This document shows, piece by piece, positions 1 to 11,262 of a stretch of 64,000 bases of DNA. The DNA is from an uncultured Acidimicrobiia bacterium (GTDB taxonomy: Bacteria; Acidobacteriota; Vicinamibacteria; Vicinamibacterales; UBA2999), in assembly GCA_963784445.1 (NCBI GenBank), contig CAWARO010000004.1, positions 597,523 through 661,522 of the forward strand. The letters run 5' to 3'. The stretch's first letter is position 1; each line of letters begins with the position of its first letter. The notes under the pieces were generated by a model. That model saw only the letters and a program-made list of their open reading frames with translations, searched no databases and had not been told where the DNA came from. The translations under genes were made by a program, and so were the position numbers.

Positions 1-1
1 C

Positions 2-1015
2 GGCCTCTACTGGCACAACCCGGGCGTCGGCATCGGTGGCACGGGCAACCCCAACATCGCCAACAAGAGCGCGACCTACGCGTGGAACGACGCCAACGGC
101 GACAAGCGCTGGCAGTCGGGTGAAGAAGGCGCGCTGCAGACGGCGTCGCTCGAGGGCGCGCTGACGGTGGATCCCAACATCAAGGCGCCGTACACGCACG
201 AAGTGAGCGCGTGGATCGAGCGCCAGATCACCGACACGATGGGCGCGCGGGCCGGCTTCGTCTACAAGACAGAGGACGACCTGTTCGAGCAGTACCAGCC
301 GGGGCGCGGCGTGGCGCCGTTTGCCGACGCGTTCACCGTGCCGTTCACGTTCGTCGACATCGGCGTCGACGGCGTTCGCGGCACTGGCGACGATCGCAAC
401 CTGACCTACCTCGGGATGCCGACGTCGGCATCTGCGCAGTTCCCGGTGAACACCGTTGTGATGACCACACCGCAATACGGACGCTTCAAGACGTTCGAAG
501 TGGCGACGACGAAGCGGTTCAGCAACAAGTGGTCGATGCAGGCCGGCGGCAGCTACACCTTGCTGACCAACTTCCCGACCGGCAGCTACCCGCAGAATCC
601 GAACCTGCCCGGCGTGGAGGATCGGACCACGTGGAACTTCAAGGCCACCGGCAGCTACGACGCGGGCTGGGGCATCCGCATCAACCCGGTCGTGCGCCAT
701 CAGTCGGGCGTCAACTTCGCGCGCACGCTGACCGTGTCGGTGCCCACGGGCTCGGGCCTGATCGCGAGCGGCCTGGCCTATGCCGACGCGGCGAATGCGA
801 ACCGTGAAGACAACATCTGGGTCTTCGATGTTCGCGCCGAGAAGACGTTCAACCTGAGCGGCCGCATCCGCGCGCGCGTGGCGCTCGATGCGTTCAACCT
901 GTCGAACTCGCACGCGTCGGAAACGATCGGCCGCGCCACCGGCACGGCGTTCCGCAAGCCGACCGCGATCCTGGCCCCGTTCACGACGCGCCTTGGATTC
1001 AGGTTGATCTTCTAG
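2..1015 (+). CDS. TonB-dependent (Oar-like) outer-membrane receptor, C-terminal part; begins before the window
   Basis: Frame open from base 2; beta-strand pattern, 'LDAFNLSN' motif and C-terminal aromatic residue (LGFRLIF) typical of acidobacterial TonB-dependent receptors. Confidence 0.85.
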   Translation, partial: GLYWHNPGVGIGGTGNPNIANKSATYAWNDANGDKRWQSGEEGALQTASLEGALTVDPNIKAPYTHEVSAWIERQITDTMGARAGFVYKTEDDLFEQYQPGRGVAPFADAFTVPFTFVDIGVDGVRGTGDDRNLTYLGMPTSASAQFPVNTVVMTTPQYGRFKTFEVATTKRFSNKWSMQAGGSYTLLTNFPTGSYPQNPNLPGVEDRTTWNFKATGSYDAGWGIRINPVVRHQSGVNFARTLTVSVPTGSGLIASGLAYADAANANREDNIWVFDVRAEKTFNLSGRIRARVALDAFNLSNSHASETIGRATGTAFRKPTAILAPFTTRLGFRLIF

Positions 1016-1022
1016 GGAAATG

Positions 1023-1088
1023 CGTTTGGAGAGCGACGGCTTTAACCGTCGCTGTTCGGCGGGGGCTAAAGCCCCCGCCCTCCAAACG
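1023..1088. repeat. Branched palindrome (REP-like / bidirectional terminator) between convergent genes
   Basis: cgtttggag...ctccaaacg outer stem enclosing hairpins agcgacgg-ctttaa-ccgtcgct and ggcgggggct-aa-agcccccgcc. Confidence 0.75.
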
Positions 1089-1089
1089 T

Positions 1090-4000
1090 CTAAGGCGCTT
1101 TCGCAGTTAGCTGTTTCACCATCGTCTGGTAAAAAGCCAATCGACTGAGTTGATCCTTCGTCGGTGCGCCGGTCCATCTGCCGACCGCGCCATACAACCC
1201 GCTGATTCGCGAGATCAGCTCGCGCGACTGGCGTTTGAGGTCCGTCACATCCGCGCCCGTGCCTGGCATCTTCTGAATGCGATCGTTGACCGGACCAAAC
1301 TCCCGCGCGAGGGCCGCGGCCTGCTGCACGGCATCCGTCCACTGCTTGCGTTCGGCAGGTGAGACGTCGATGCGCGGGTCCTCGCGCACTTCCACTTTCT
1401 GCTCGAGCGTGCGGCCGCCGGCCACAAGGCGAATCACGTACGTGCCGGGCGCAACGAGCGGTCCAGGCACGCCACCTCGTGGGGCGTCGTCGTCATCGTC
1501 GTCACCACCGCCGCCGGCGCGAATCGGCAAATCCGTTTCACGTAGATTCCAGACGATGCGATTGACGCCGCGGTTGCCGGTGGCGCGCAAGCGTGTTCAC
1601 CAGTTGGCCGTTCGAGGTGTGCACCGTGATTGCCGGCGCCACTCCAGGCGTGCCAATCCAGTAATCGACCAGCGCGCCATTCGCGGGGTTGTCGCCCCGG
1701 AACCACATATCGCCGGTGTGCGCCTTCAGATTGGCTTGCCGGATCTGGTACGCCGGCGCCACGGTGAATAGATGCGCCGCTGAGCCAATCACCTGCGGCG
1801 TCAGCTCCTGCAGCGCGTTAATCCGGTCGAGAATCCAGATGCCGCGGCCATGCGACGCCAGCACGAGGTCGTTGTCGCGCGGGTGGATCACGAGGTCGTT
1901 GAAGGGCAGCGTCGGCATGTTGTTCTTCAACTCGATCCAGTTGGTGCCGCCGTTCGGCGAGAAGAACAACCCGATTTCGGTGGCGGCAAACAACAGGTTC
2001 GGGTTCTTGACGTCCTCGCGGATCGTGCGAACCACGCGCCCGGCCGGCATGTCGCCCGCGATCGCGGTGAACGTCTTGCCACCGTCGCTCGACTTGTAGA
2101 TCCAGTTGCCGAGGTCGTTGCTGCGATGGTTGTCCATCGCCACATACACGGTGCCGGCGTTGTGACGCGACGCCTCGATGCCGCCAAACCACGACGACTT
2201 CGGCGCGCCGGGAAGGCGATCCTGGAGATCCGTCCACGTCTTGCCATCATCCACCGACATCCGCAACCGGCCATCATCGGTGCCGACGTAGATGAGACCC
2301 TTCTGCAGCGGTGACGGCGCAATCGCCACGAGGCCAGGGTAGAACGGCACGCCGTCATCGACGGACAGCACGTTCTCGTCCGGAATTCTCCCCATCACCG
2401 GCAGCTTCGATCGATCAACGCCGGTGGTCATGTCTCCGAGATCTTCCCAGGTGTTGCCGCGATCGCGCGAGCGGAACAGGTGCTTGCCGCCGGCGTAGAT
2501 CGTGGCCGGATCGAACGGCGAGAGCACCACCGGCGCGTCCCAGTTGGCGTAGTGCCATTCGTTGCCGAGCACCTGCTGCGGCACGTTCTTGCCCCACGTG
2601 TTCCAGTTGCGCCGATCGCCAATCGCACCCTGCGGATCGCCGGGCCGGATGTCCTGGCTGGTCCACGTCCGCGTGTCGTTGCGCGTCAGTCCAAGGAACT
2701 GGCTGGCCGAGAACACGTGACGCGCATTCGTCGGATCGGGCACCGAGAAGAATCCATCGCCGCCGCACAGTCGCGACCAGTGCTCGTTGAGAATGCCATT
2801 CGTCGTCCAGCTCGCGCTCGGTCCCTTCCAGCAGCCGTTGTCCTGCAAGCCGCCGTAGATGTTGTATGGCCGCTCGTTGTCCACGGCCACGCGGTAGTAC
2901 TGCGAGACCGGGATGTTCTGCACGTAGAGGAACTTCAAGCCGCGATCGAATGAGATGCCGATGCCGCCGTCATCAAGCTTGATGACGTGGCGGGAGTCCT
3001 TCGGATTGATCCACACGAACCGATCGTCGCCGTGCGTCGTCGTATTCGGCGTCGTGAAGGTTTCGCCGCCGTTGTCGGAGAACGAGTACGAGTTCATCAT
3101 GTAGACGCGGCGATCGTCCTGCGGATCGATGGTCGGCTGGCTCGCATACATCGGGCGCGGATTCCAGTTCGACATGAAGCGCCAGGTCTTGCCGGCGTCG
3201 TTGGTCCGATACAGCCCGCCGCGGCGCTCGGTGTATGCGGTCGACGCGTTGTATCGGAAGCCCTGCTCGATGCTCACGATCACGACGCGCGGATCCTTGC
3301 GATACACGGCGATACCGATACGCCCGTACTCGCCCTCCGGCAAGCCGTTGCCGGTCAACTTCGTCCACGTGGCGCCGGCATCGGTGCTCTTCCAGATCGC
3401 GCTCCCGGGGCCGCCGCCGTTGAAGCCGAAGGCGGTTCGCCGGCGCTGATAGGTTGCGGCATAGAGCACGTTCGGATCGAGCGTATCCATCGCCACATCG
3501 GTCGCGCCGGTATCGTCGTCCACGTGCAGCGTGCGTTGCCACGTCTTGCCGCCGTCCATCGTGCGATAGAGACCGCGTTCACCCCCGGGTCCCCACACCG
3601 ATCCCTGCGCGGCCACATATACGATGGCGGGGTTCGATGGATGCGTGACGATGCGGCCGATGTGCATCGAGGTTTTGAGGCCGACGTTGGTCCACGTCTT
3701 GCCGGCATCGGTGGACTTGTAGATGCCGTCGCCCCAGCTCACGCTCTGCCGGTTGGCGCGCTCGCCGGTGCCGACCCAGATGATGTTGGGATCGGGCTGA
3801 TAGATGGCGACGTCGCCGATCGAGTGCACCGCTTCGCGCTCGAACACCGGCGCCCACGTCACGCCGTTGTCGGTGGTGCGATACATCCCGCCCGTCGCCG
3901 ATGCCACATACATCGTGTACGGGTTCGATTCGACGACGTCCATGTCGACGAAGCGGCCCGACATCGTGGCGGGCCCGATGCCGCGCAAGCGCAAGCCGGC

Positions 4001-4135
4001 GAGATCCGACGCTCGGAGGGCGATGGCCTGCTTGTCCGCCGTAGCGCTTTGCGCGGAGGTGGACGATTCGATCGAGACGGTGAGAGTGAATGCGATGACA
4101 ACGAGTGACAGCAGGCGTCTGACCATGGACGCCAT
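1090..4135 (-). CDS. Secreted VPS10/BNR-repeat (sortilin-like) glycosyl hydrolase-type beta-propeller protein; frameshift near 1590
   Basis: Signal peptide, many SxDxGxTW Asp-box repeats, 'IGPATMSGR', 'GGLQDNG', 'SHGRGIW'; ORFs 1538..4135 and 1090..1590 join into the usual architecture. Confidence 0.85.
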
Positions 4136-4229
4136 AGTAATCGGATCTATCGTGCGACAGTAGCGGGTCAGTTCATGATCCCACTGGAGCCAGCGGCATG
4201 TTGAGTAGCGGACTTATACTGGCTGCTCC

Positions 4230-5354
4230 ATGAGACCCCTTCGTGCATCGATGATGCTCGTTGCCACAGTGATCCTCATCTCTGCGGGCGCCCGCGCACT
4301 TGAACGCACATCCCAGGTCGGAGCGGCGGCCGTTCCCGTGTTTCAGGTCGATCCCCTTTGGCCGAAGGTGCCGAAGCAGTGGATTCTCGGGCAGGTGTCA
4401 GGGGTGGCGGTGGATGCGCGCGATCACGTTTGGGTGCTGCAGCGCCCGTGGTCGCTCAACAGCGACGAGAAGTCGCGCAACCCGGAAGCGGAATGCTGCG
4501 AGGCGGCGCCGCCCGTGATGGAGTTCGATTCCGCCGGCAACTACGTTCGTGGGTGGGGCGGCCAGCCCGCAGACAACAGCTACGAGTGGCCGATGGACGA
4601 ACACGGCATCCATGTGGACTACAAGGGCAACGTCTGGGTGTCGTCGGCAGGGGGCCCGCGCATGGACGAGGGCAAGGAAAACTTCCTGCTGAAGCTCACG
4701 GCTGAAGGAAAGTTCCTGCTGCAGATCGGCCGTCGCGGCATGAGCAAGGGCAGCCTCGACACGCGCAACGTCAACAACGCCGCCGACATGTGGGTGCATC
4801 CGCCGACCAACGAAGTGTTTGTCGCCGACGGCTATCTGAACCGCCGCGTGATCGTGTTCGACGCCGACACCGGCGCGTTCAAGCGGATGTGGGGCGCCTA
4901 CGGCAATGCGCCGGACGATCAAGCGCCACAGGTCTTCGTTGGTGAGGGACCTGGCCCGCAGCAGTTCCGCACCGTGCACGGCATCAAGGTGTCGAACGAC
5001 GGTCTCGTTTACGTGAACGATCGATTGAACAACCGCATCCAGATCTTCACCGTCGATGGGAAGTTCCAGAGCGAGATCTTCATCGAGCGCAAGACGCGCT
5101 TGCTGGGAACGTCGTTCAACACCGCGTTCTCGCCGGACCGGGAGCAGCGCTGGCTCTACGTCGCAAACGCCGGCAACGGCCGCGTGCACATCGTCGATCG
5201 CAAGAGTTTGAAGGAAGTGGGCGCCTACGGCCGGATCGGCCGCTATGCGGGCCAGTTCATCTTCATGCACAATCTCGCCACCGACTCGCGAGGCAATCTC
5301 TACGTGAGCGAAGTCGGCACCGGCCGCCGCGTGCAGAAGCTCTTGCTCCAATAG
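4230..5354 (+). CDS. NHL-repeat beta-propeller protein (PAL-like)
   Basis: Signal peptide; NHL repeats (VFVADGYLNRRVIVFD, VYVNDRLNNRIQIF, LATDSRGNLYVSE). Confidence 0.8.
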   Translation: MRPLRASMMLVATVILISAGARALERTSQVGAAAVPVFQVDPLWPKVPKQWILGQVSGVAVDARDHVWVLQRPWSLNSDEKSRNPEAECCEAAPPVMEFDSAGNYVRGWGGQPADNSYEWPMDEHGIHVDYKGNVWVSSAGGPRMDEGKENFLLKLTAEGKFLLQIGRRGMSKGSLDTRNVNNAADMWVHPPTNEVFVADGYLNRRVIVFDADTGAFKRMWGAYGNAPDDQAPQVFVGEGPGPQQFRTVHGIKVSNDGLVYVNDRLNNRIQIFTVDGKFQSEIFIERKTRLLGTSFNTAFSPDREQRWLYVANAGNGRVHIVDRKSLKEVGAYGRIGRYAGQFIFMHNLATDSRGNLYVSEVGTGRRVQKLLLQ

Positions 5355-5390
5355 ATCGGCGACTTGCCGGGCTATGATCGCTCCACCTCG

Positions 5391-7401
5391 ATGAACCCAG
5401 CCACGCCGTCATTCCTCCATCAGATTCCGTTCTTTCGCGCCATTCCCGCTGAAGCGCTCGTGCACCTCGAGCGCCGCACACGACGCCGCGACTTTGTGCC
5501 GCAGTCGGTCATTGTTCGTGAGGGCAGCAGCGACGGCGCGGCGTACTTCATCCTGTCGGGCCGCGTCGCCGTGCGGCGCCGGGACCCTGACACCGGCGTG
5601 GACTTCGTCCTCGCCGAGCTTGGGGCAGGACAGATGTTCGGCGAGATGGCGATGCTGACCGGCCAGCCGCGTACCGCTTCGGTGCTGGCGCTCGAGGACA
5701 CCTCCTGCGCCGTGCTCGAGCACGCGGACTTCGAGCGGACGCTTGTGGCCCATCCCGAGCTGGCTACCGCGATGCTGCGCATGCTCGCCGAACGCCTGGT
5801 CGAGGCCAACCGCTCTACCGGCATTGATTTCGTCAACCTTGCCAAGGTCCAGATCGACCCGCGTGTGGTGACGCTTCTCCCGCAGGCGCTGATTAACGCC
5901 CACCATGTGGTGCCGATTTCGTTCGCCAACAACCGGCTGACGCTCGCCATGACCAACCCCGCCAACCTCGTGGCGTTTGACGATGTTCGGCGGGCGATCA
6001 AGGGCGTGATGATCGAGCCGGCGATCGTCACCGAAGACGACTTCAAGCGATTCATGTCCGGCACGTATCCACAACTGGTGGCGAAGACCGCCGCGCCGCC
6101 GCCACGGCCGCCAAAAGACGCAAAGCCGGCGGCGGAACCGGTGGTCGATTTGTTACAGGCGGATCTAATCCGCGAGTTGCAACTGGCGGCGGATTCCGAC
6201 GCGGTGGCCGCCGACACCAAGCAGGATCTGATGAGCGCTTCGGAAGACGCGCCGATCGTCCGGGTGGTGAATTCGATCCTGGGCCTGGCCATCAAGCAGG
6301 GCAGCAGCGACATTCACGTCGAGCCGATGGAAGGCGACGTCACCGTCCGTTTCCGCGTCGACGGTGTCCTGCAGGTGGTGCAGAAGCTGCCGAAGCGTGT
6401 GCAGCTTGGCGTCATCTCGCGGTTCAAGATCCTCAGCCGGCTCGACATCGCCGAAAAGCGCCTGCCCCAGGACGGCCGCATCAGCGTGACCATGGAGGGC
6501 AAGCCGATCGACTTCCGCGTGTCGACGGTGCCGGGCAAGTGGGGCGAGAAGGTCTGCATGCGCCTCCTCGACAAGTCGAACACCGCTCTCGGCCTCGACA
6601 CCTTGATCACCCACGCCCCGGTGCTGGCGATGGTGCGAGAGATGATCCAGCAGCCGTACGGCATCATCTACGTCACCGGGCCGACCGGATCCGGCAAGAC
6701 GACAACACTGTATTCGGCGCTGGCGGAGATCAACGATCCCGGGGTCAACATCTGCACGGCCGAAGATCCGGTGGAGTACAGACCTGCCAGGGGTCACGCA
6801 GATCCAGGTGGCGTCGGACATCGGCTTGACGTTCGCAAAAGTGCTGCGCGCGTTTCTGCGCCAGGACCCTGACGTGCTCCTGGTCGGCGAGACGCGCGAC
6901 AAGGAAACGGCGCACACCGCCGTGGAAGCCGCGCTGACCGGGCATCTCGTGTTCACCACCCTCCATACCAACAGTGCGGCGGTGGCGTTCACCCGGCTGC
7001 AGGAGATGGGGATCGAGCCCTTCCTCGTGTCCTCGTCAACCATTGGCGTGATCGCACAGCGGCTCGCCCGGCGTTTGTGTCAGCAGTGCAAGGCGCCCAT
7101 GCCCGCCGACGCCAACGCCACTCGCTACTTCGATCTCCCGCCAGGCAGCACTCTGTTCCGCGCGGTGGGATGCGCGATGTGCGGCGGCAAGGGCGTGAAG
7201 GGGAGAGTGGGCATCTACGAAGTGATGCGCATGAACGCACGACTGCGGGCGATGGTCGGTTCCGGCGCCCGGGCGGAGGAGATCCACGCCGTGGCAGTCG
7301 AACAGGGGATGATCGACCTGAAACGTTATGCAGCGTTGCTGCTGACCAATGGGCTCGCGACGGTCGAAGACGTGATGAGCGTCGTCAGTGTCGAAGCGTG
7401 A
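5391..7401 (+). CDS. GspE/PilB-family secretion ATPase with N-terminal cyclic-nucleotide-binding domain; frameshift near 6780
   Basis: cNMP motif [16 protein letters not shown]; SDIHVEP, RLPQDGR, Walker [24 protein letters not shown], CxxC..CxxC; removing one base near 6780 gives [12 protein letters not shown]. Confidence 0.9.
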
Positions 7402-7518
7402 TCGTGCCGCCGGCGCCTGACGTCGCCACAATTGATGGCCGGCGTCGCGGCACAGGAGCGAGCCTGAAACGCGCCGAATTATAGCCGCGGTCGAGTTGGC
7501 GCTATCATCCAGCCACAA

Positions 7519-10047
7519 GTGACAGCCGCACCACCGATCCAGGGCCTCGTGGCCTCGCGATACCGCGTGATCGACGCCATCGGCGAAGGCGGCATGGGTC
7601 AGGTCTACCTGGCGCTCGACGAAACGCTCAAGCGACAGGTGGCGCTCAAGGCGATTCGTGCCGACCAGCGCCTCGACCCCGACGCCAGGGCGCGGTTCGT
7701 CCGGGAAGCGCGCGTGCTGTCGCAGCTGGATCATCCGCACATCTGCCGCGTCTTCGATTACCTCGAAACACCCGAGAACGATTGGATCGTCCTCGAGCTC
7801 ATCGAGGGCCAGTCGCTGCGCGATGTCATGCGCCGAAACCTCTCCGCGCCGCAGCGGCTGGCGATCGCGCAGCAGATTGCCGATGTGTTAGTGGCCACGC
7901 ACGCCGCCGGCGTCGTCCATCGTGATCTCAAGCCAGGGAACGTGATGGTCACCCCATCAGGCGACATCAAGGTGCTCGATTTCGGATTGTCGGCCACGTT
8001 GCCCCGTGCTGGAGAAACCCCGGCCGGTCCTGCCGACCACCCCACGCCACCGGCTGGGTTGTTCGAGGCGGCGGCCCTTGACGAAACGCGAGCGGTCACC
8101 AACTCACAGCCGTCCCCGCGCGTGGTGAACGTGTCGCAGTACTCCAGCGAAGTCGGATCGGTCAAAGGAACCGTTGCCTACATGAGCCCCGAACAGGCAC
8201 GGGGCGAAGCAGTGACATCGGCCAGCGACATGTACTCGTATGGGCTCCTGATCCAGGAGCTCTTCAGCGGGCGGGCGCCGTACGGCGACACGAAGGATCA
8301 CCTGGAGGTGCTGGCCAGGGCGCAGCGCGGCGAATCGCTTCCGCCCACCGGTATGCCCGCCCCGATTCGATCGCTGATCGAGCGGCTCAAGTCGCTGGCG
8401 CCGAGTCAGCGTCCGACCGCCCTCGATACGCGCGAACGCCTGCTATGGATCGCCGATCGACCGCGCCGCGTGCGGCGCAATCTCCTCGTGGCGGCCCTCA
8501 TCGTTGCCGCGCTTGGCGGAGCCGTTCGCTACACCATCGACCTGTCGCGCGAGCGCAATGCCGCACTGGCGGCACGCGATGAGGCCGACCAGCGTCGCGG
8601 CCAGGCCGAGAGCCTGATCGGCTTCATGGTCGGCGACCTGCGCACGAAGCTGGCAGCGGTTGGACGTCTCGAGATTCTCGACGATGTCGGCAAGCAAGCG
8701 TTGGCGTACTTCGCCTCGGTACCGGCCGACGCCTTGAGCGACGAGGAACTGTACCGGCGCTCGCAAGCGTTGCACCAGCTCGGCCAGGTCCGTCAGGCAC
8801 GGGCGGATCTCGCCGGCGCGCTGAAGGCCTACGAAGATTCCCTGGCACAGGCGCAGGAAGTGGTCCGGCGCAATCCCGACAACGCCGACTGGCAGCTGGG
8901 CCTCGGCACCAGCCACTTCTACGTCGGCGAGCTCAAAATGCGTCGCGGTGAACTGGACGACGCGTTAAAACATTTCGAGGCGTACAAGGACATCGCCGAA
9001 CGGCTGGTGGCCCGCGACCCATCGCGTTTCGAGTGGAAACTCGAACAGTCATACGGGCACAGCAATGTGGCCGCCATCCACTCGCGTAAGGGCAACCTCG
9101 CCGCCGCTCGCGACCAACTGCAACGGACCATGGCACTGCAGCACGAGTTGGCCGCGCAGAAGCCGGACGACCTGACGCTGCAAAGCAGCCGCGCCAACAT
9201 CCACAATCGTCTCGGCATCGTCCAGGAAGGACTCGGCGATCTGTCGGGCGCCGCGGCGAGTTTTGCAAGCGAACTCGACCTCTACGCAAAGATCCTGGCG
9301 AAGAACCCGCGCGACACGCGTGTCCGCCGTCGTATGGAAGTCGGCCACATCTTCAGCGGCCACGTCCTGCGCGCCCTGGGTCGCACTAACGAGGCCGCGA
9401 TGCATTACAGCAATGCGGTCCGCGAAGCCCAGTCGCTGGTGGCGCTGGATCCGACCAACGCCAACTGGCAACGGGACCTGGGAGTGGCGCGCCTGGCGGC
9501 CGCTCGCATCGATCTCGAGCGCGGGCGCAGCCGCCAGGCGCTGGATCAATTCCGCGCCTCGATCGAGGTCCTTGAACCCCTCGCGCGGAAAAGTCCGACC
9601 CTACCCGAGGCGCAGCGTGACGTGGCCAAAGTACACGTCGGCATGGCCGAGGCGTTGCTCGCACTCGGCGATGTCCAATCGGCAGCGCGGCAGGCTGATG
9701 CAACGCGTGCCTCGCTCCAGGCATTGGCCGACGCGCAGCCCAAGGATGCCGACACCCGCCGGGACCTCGCATTGGCAGAGAATGTGTCGGGCCTGGTCTG
9801 GACGGCGCGCAAGGATCCGGCGCGTGCGACTACCGCCTGGGAGCACAGCGTGGAACTACTCGACGCGCTGGTACGAGACTCCACCGACCGCAACCTGCTC
9901 GACGCATGGGTAAGGGCGCATCTCTACCTGGGCCGCGTCGACGCGGCCCGTCGCGGCCACGAGAAACTCCTTTCGATCGGTTACCGCGACACGAGCTACC
10001 TGCGCGTGTGGCGAGAGGTGACCGGCACGGCGCCAACTCAGCCTTGA
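7519..10047 (+). CDS. Ser/Thr protein kinase with transmembrane helix and C-terminal TPR region
   Basis: GEGGMG, VALK, HRDLKPGN, DFG, YMSPE; hydrophobic helix LLVAALIVAALGG; TPR-like helical repeats. Confidence 0.92.
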   Translation: MTAAPPIQGLVASRYRVIDAIGEGGMGQVYLALDETLKRQVALKAIRADQRLDPDARARFVREARVLSQLDHPHICRVFDYLETPENDWIVLELIEGQSLRDVMRRNLSAPQRLAIAQQIADVLVATHAAGVVHRDLKPGNVMVTPSGDIKVLDFGLSATLPRAGETPAGPADHPTPPAGLFEAAALDETRAVTNSQPSPRVVNVSQYSSEVGSVKGTVAYMSPEQARGEAVTSASDMYSYGLLIQELFSGRAPYGDTKDHLEVLARAQRGESLPPTGMPAPIRSLIERLKSLAPSQRPTALDTRERLLWIADRPRRVRRNLLVAALIVAALGGAVRYTIDLSRERNAALAARDEADQRRGQAESLIGFMVGDLRTKLAAVGRLEILDDVGKQALAYFASVPADALSDEELYRRSQALHQLGQVRQARADLAGALKAYEDSLAQAQEVVRRNPDNADWQLGLGTSHFYVGELKMRRGELDDALKHFEAYKDIAERLVARDPSRFEWKLEQSYGHSNVAAIHSRKGNLAAARDQLQRTMALQHELAAQKPDDLTLQSSRANIHNRLGIVQEGLGDLSGAAASFASELDLYAKILAKNPRDTRVRRRMEVGHIFSGHVLRALGRTNEAAMHYSNAVREAQSLVALDPTNANWQRDLGVARLAAARIDLERGRSRQALDQFRASIEVLEPLARKSPTLPEAQRDVAKVHVGMAEALLALGDVQSAARQADATRASLQALADAQPKDADTRRDLALAENVSGLVWTARKDPARATTAWEHSVELLDALVRDSTDRNLLDAWVRAHLYLGRVDAARRGHEKLLSIGYRDTSYLRVWREVTGTAPTQP

Positions 10048-10121
10048 CGTCGCCCGGTCCGACCCCGTAGGCTTGCGGCCTTTGCCCGTCCGTCCACCCC
10101 GTCAGACAGAGGAGCCTCCCT

Positions 10122-10553
10122 GTGGCCAACATCAACATTACGATTTCCTATAACCCGTCGGCTGCTACCGGCAGCCAGTGGTCCCTTACCGCCACGGGCA
10201 CCACCGTGAACGGCAGCACCGTCGAGGTCAACGATCAGGGCGAGAACCCGATTCGATGGGGCATTGGCTTGGCATCGGATCAGTCCGGCACCATCAACTT
10301 CAGCACCTCGACGAGCGCCCCTGGAATCGACTTCACGGACCCCTGGCCGGGCGACCCGGTCACCGGCAACAGCAATAACTGGAACACGTCGCTCGACAAC
10401 AACCTTCAGCACGGCGGCCCGTCACAGAATTTCGAATACACGGTGAACGCCGTCTATACGCCGCCCGGGAAGGGCGCCAACCCGGCCAACATCAGCTGGG
10501 ATCCTGATGTTGAGGAGAACCCACCTGCGCAACTGGTGGTGAAGCGTCGATGA
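10122..10553 (+). CDS. Small beta-rich protein with C-terminal WDP motif (DP-EP/AidA-PixA-like)
   Basis: RBS gaggag upstream; 143 aa rich in N/T/S/G; 'FEYTVN...ISWDPDV' ending. Confidence 0.6.
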   Translation: MANINITISYNPSAATGSQWSLTATGTTVNGSTVEVNDQGENPIRWGIGLASDQSGTINFSTSTSAPGIDFTDPWPGDPVTGNSNNWNTSLDNNLQHGGPSQNFEYTVNAVYTPPGKGANPANISWDPDVEENPPAQLVVKRR

Positions 10554-10601
10554 ATGATCGCGCTCGCGCATAATAGGGCTTTGCTTTCGAGGAGAACCTG
10601 A

Positions 10602-11252
10602 ATGAATGTCCGCTCAATCCTTTCCGTGGTCGCGCTGTCTGCGGCCACCGCGGTACTGTCGGCCCAGGCTGTTCCCGACGTGAAGCTGGTGCCGTCGCCG
10701 CCCGGCCAGGCCGCAGCCCAGTTGGGTGGCCGCTGGGAGAAAACCGCCGAAGGCGGCCAGCGGTATGTCGACGGCAAGTGGGTGGTCGTTGACTACAGCC
10801 GCCCGCTGCTGCGCGGCCGAACCCCGATCTTCGGCACCGGCGCCGACTACGGCAAGATGGTGACCGGCGATGCGGCCATCTGGCGCGCGGGCGCGAACGA
10901 CACCACGCGGCTCACTACGCAGGCGCCGCTGCAGATTGGCGACAAGACCATCGCGCCGGGCGTCTACAACGTGTTCGTCGATCTCAAGGCGGGTCAGTGG
11001 ACCCTGGTACTGAACACGCAGCCGGTGCAGCCGAAGTTCGATCCCAACGACAAGGTCCGCCTGTCGGGCGCCACCAACTACGATTCGAAGTTCGACATAC
11101 TGCGCGTGCCCATGACCGTCGGCTCGCGCGCCGACTCGCTCGAGCAGTTCACCATCGCCTTCTCGAACGTGACCGCGAACAGCGCCAGGCTGATCATGGC
11201 GTGGGAGAAGACGGTGGCGACGATCGATCTGCGGCTGGCCGGCGCGAAGTAG
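10602..11252 (+). CDS. DUF2911 domain protein
   Basis: Signal peptide; VDYSRPLLRGR, WRAGAN, EQFTI, MAWEKT motifs. Confidence 0.85.
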   Translation: MNVRSILSVVALSAATAVLSAQAVPDVKLVPSPPGQAAAQLGGRWEKTAEGGQRYVDGKWVVVDYSRPLLRGRTPIFGTGADYGKMVTGDAAIWRAGANDTTRLTTQAPLQIGDKTIAPGVYNVFVDLKAGQWTLVLNTQPVQPKFDPNDKVRLSGATNYDSKFDILRVPMTVGSRADSLEQFTIAFSNVTANSARLIMAWEKTVATIDLRLAGAK

Positions 11253-11262
11253 AGGAGGCGCG

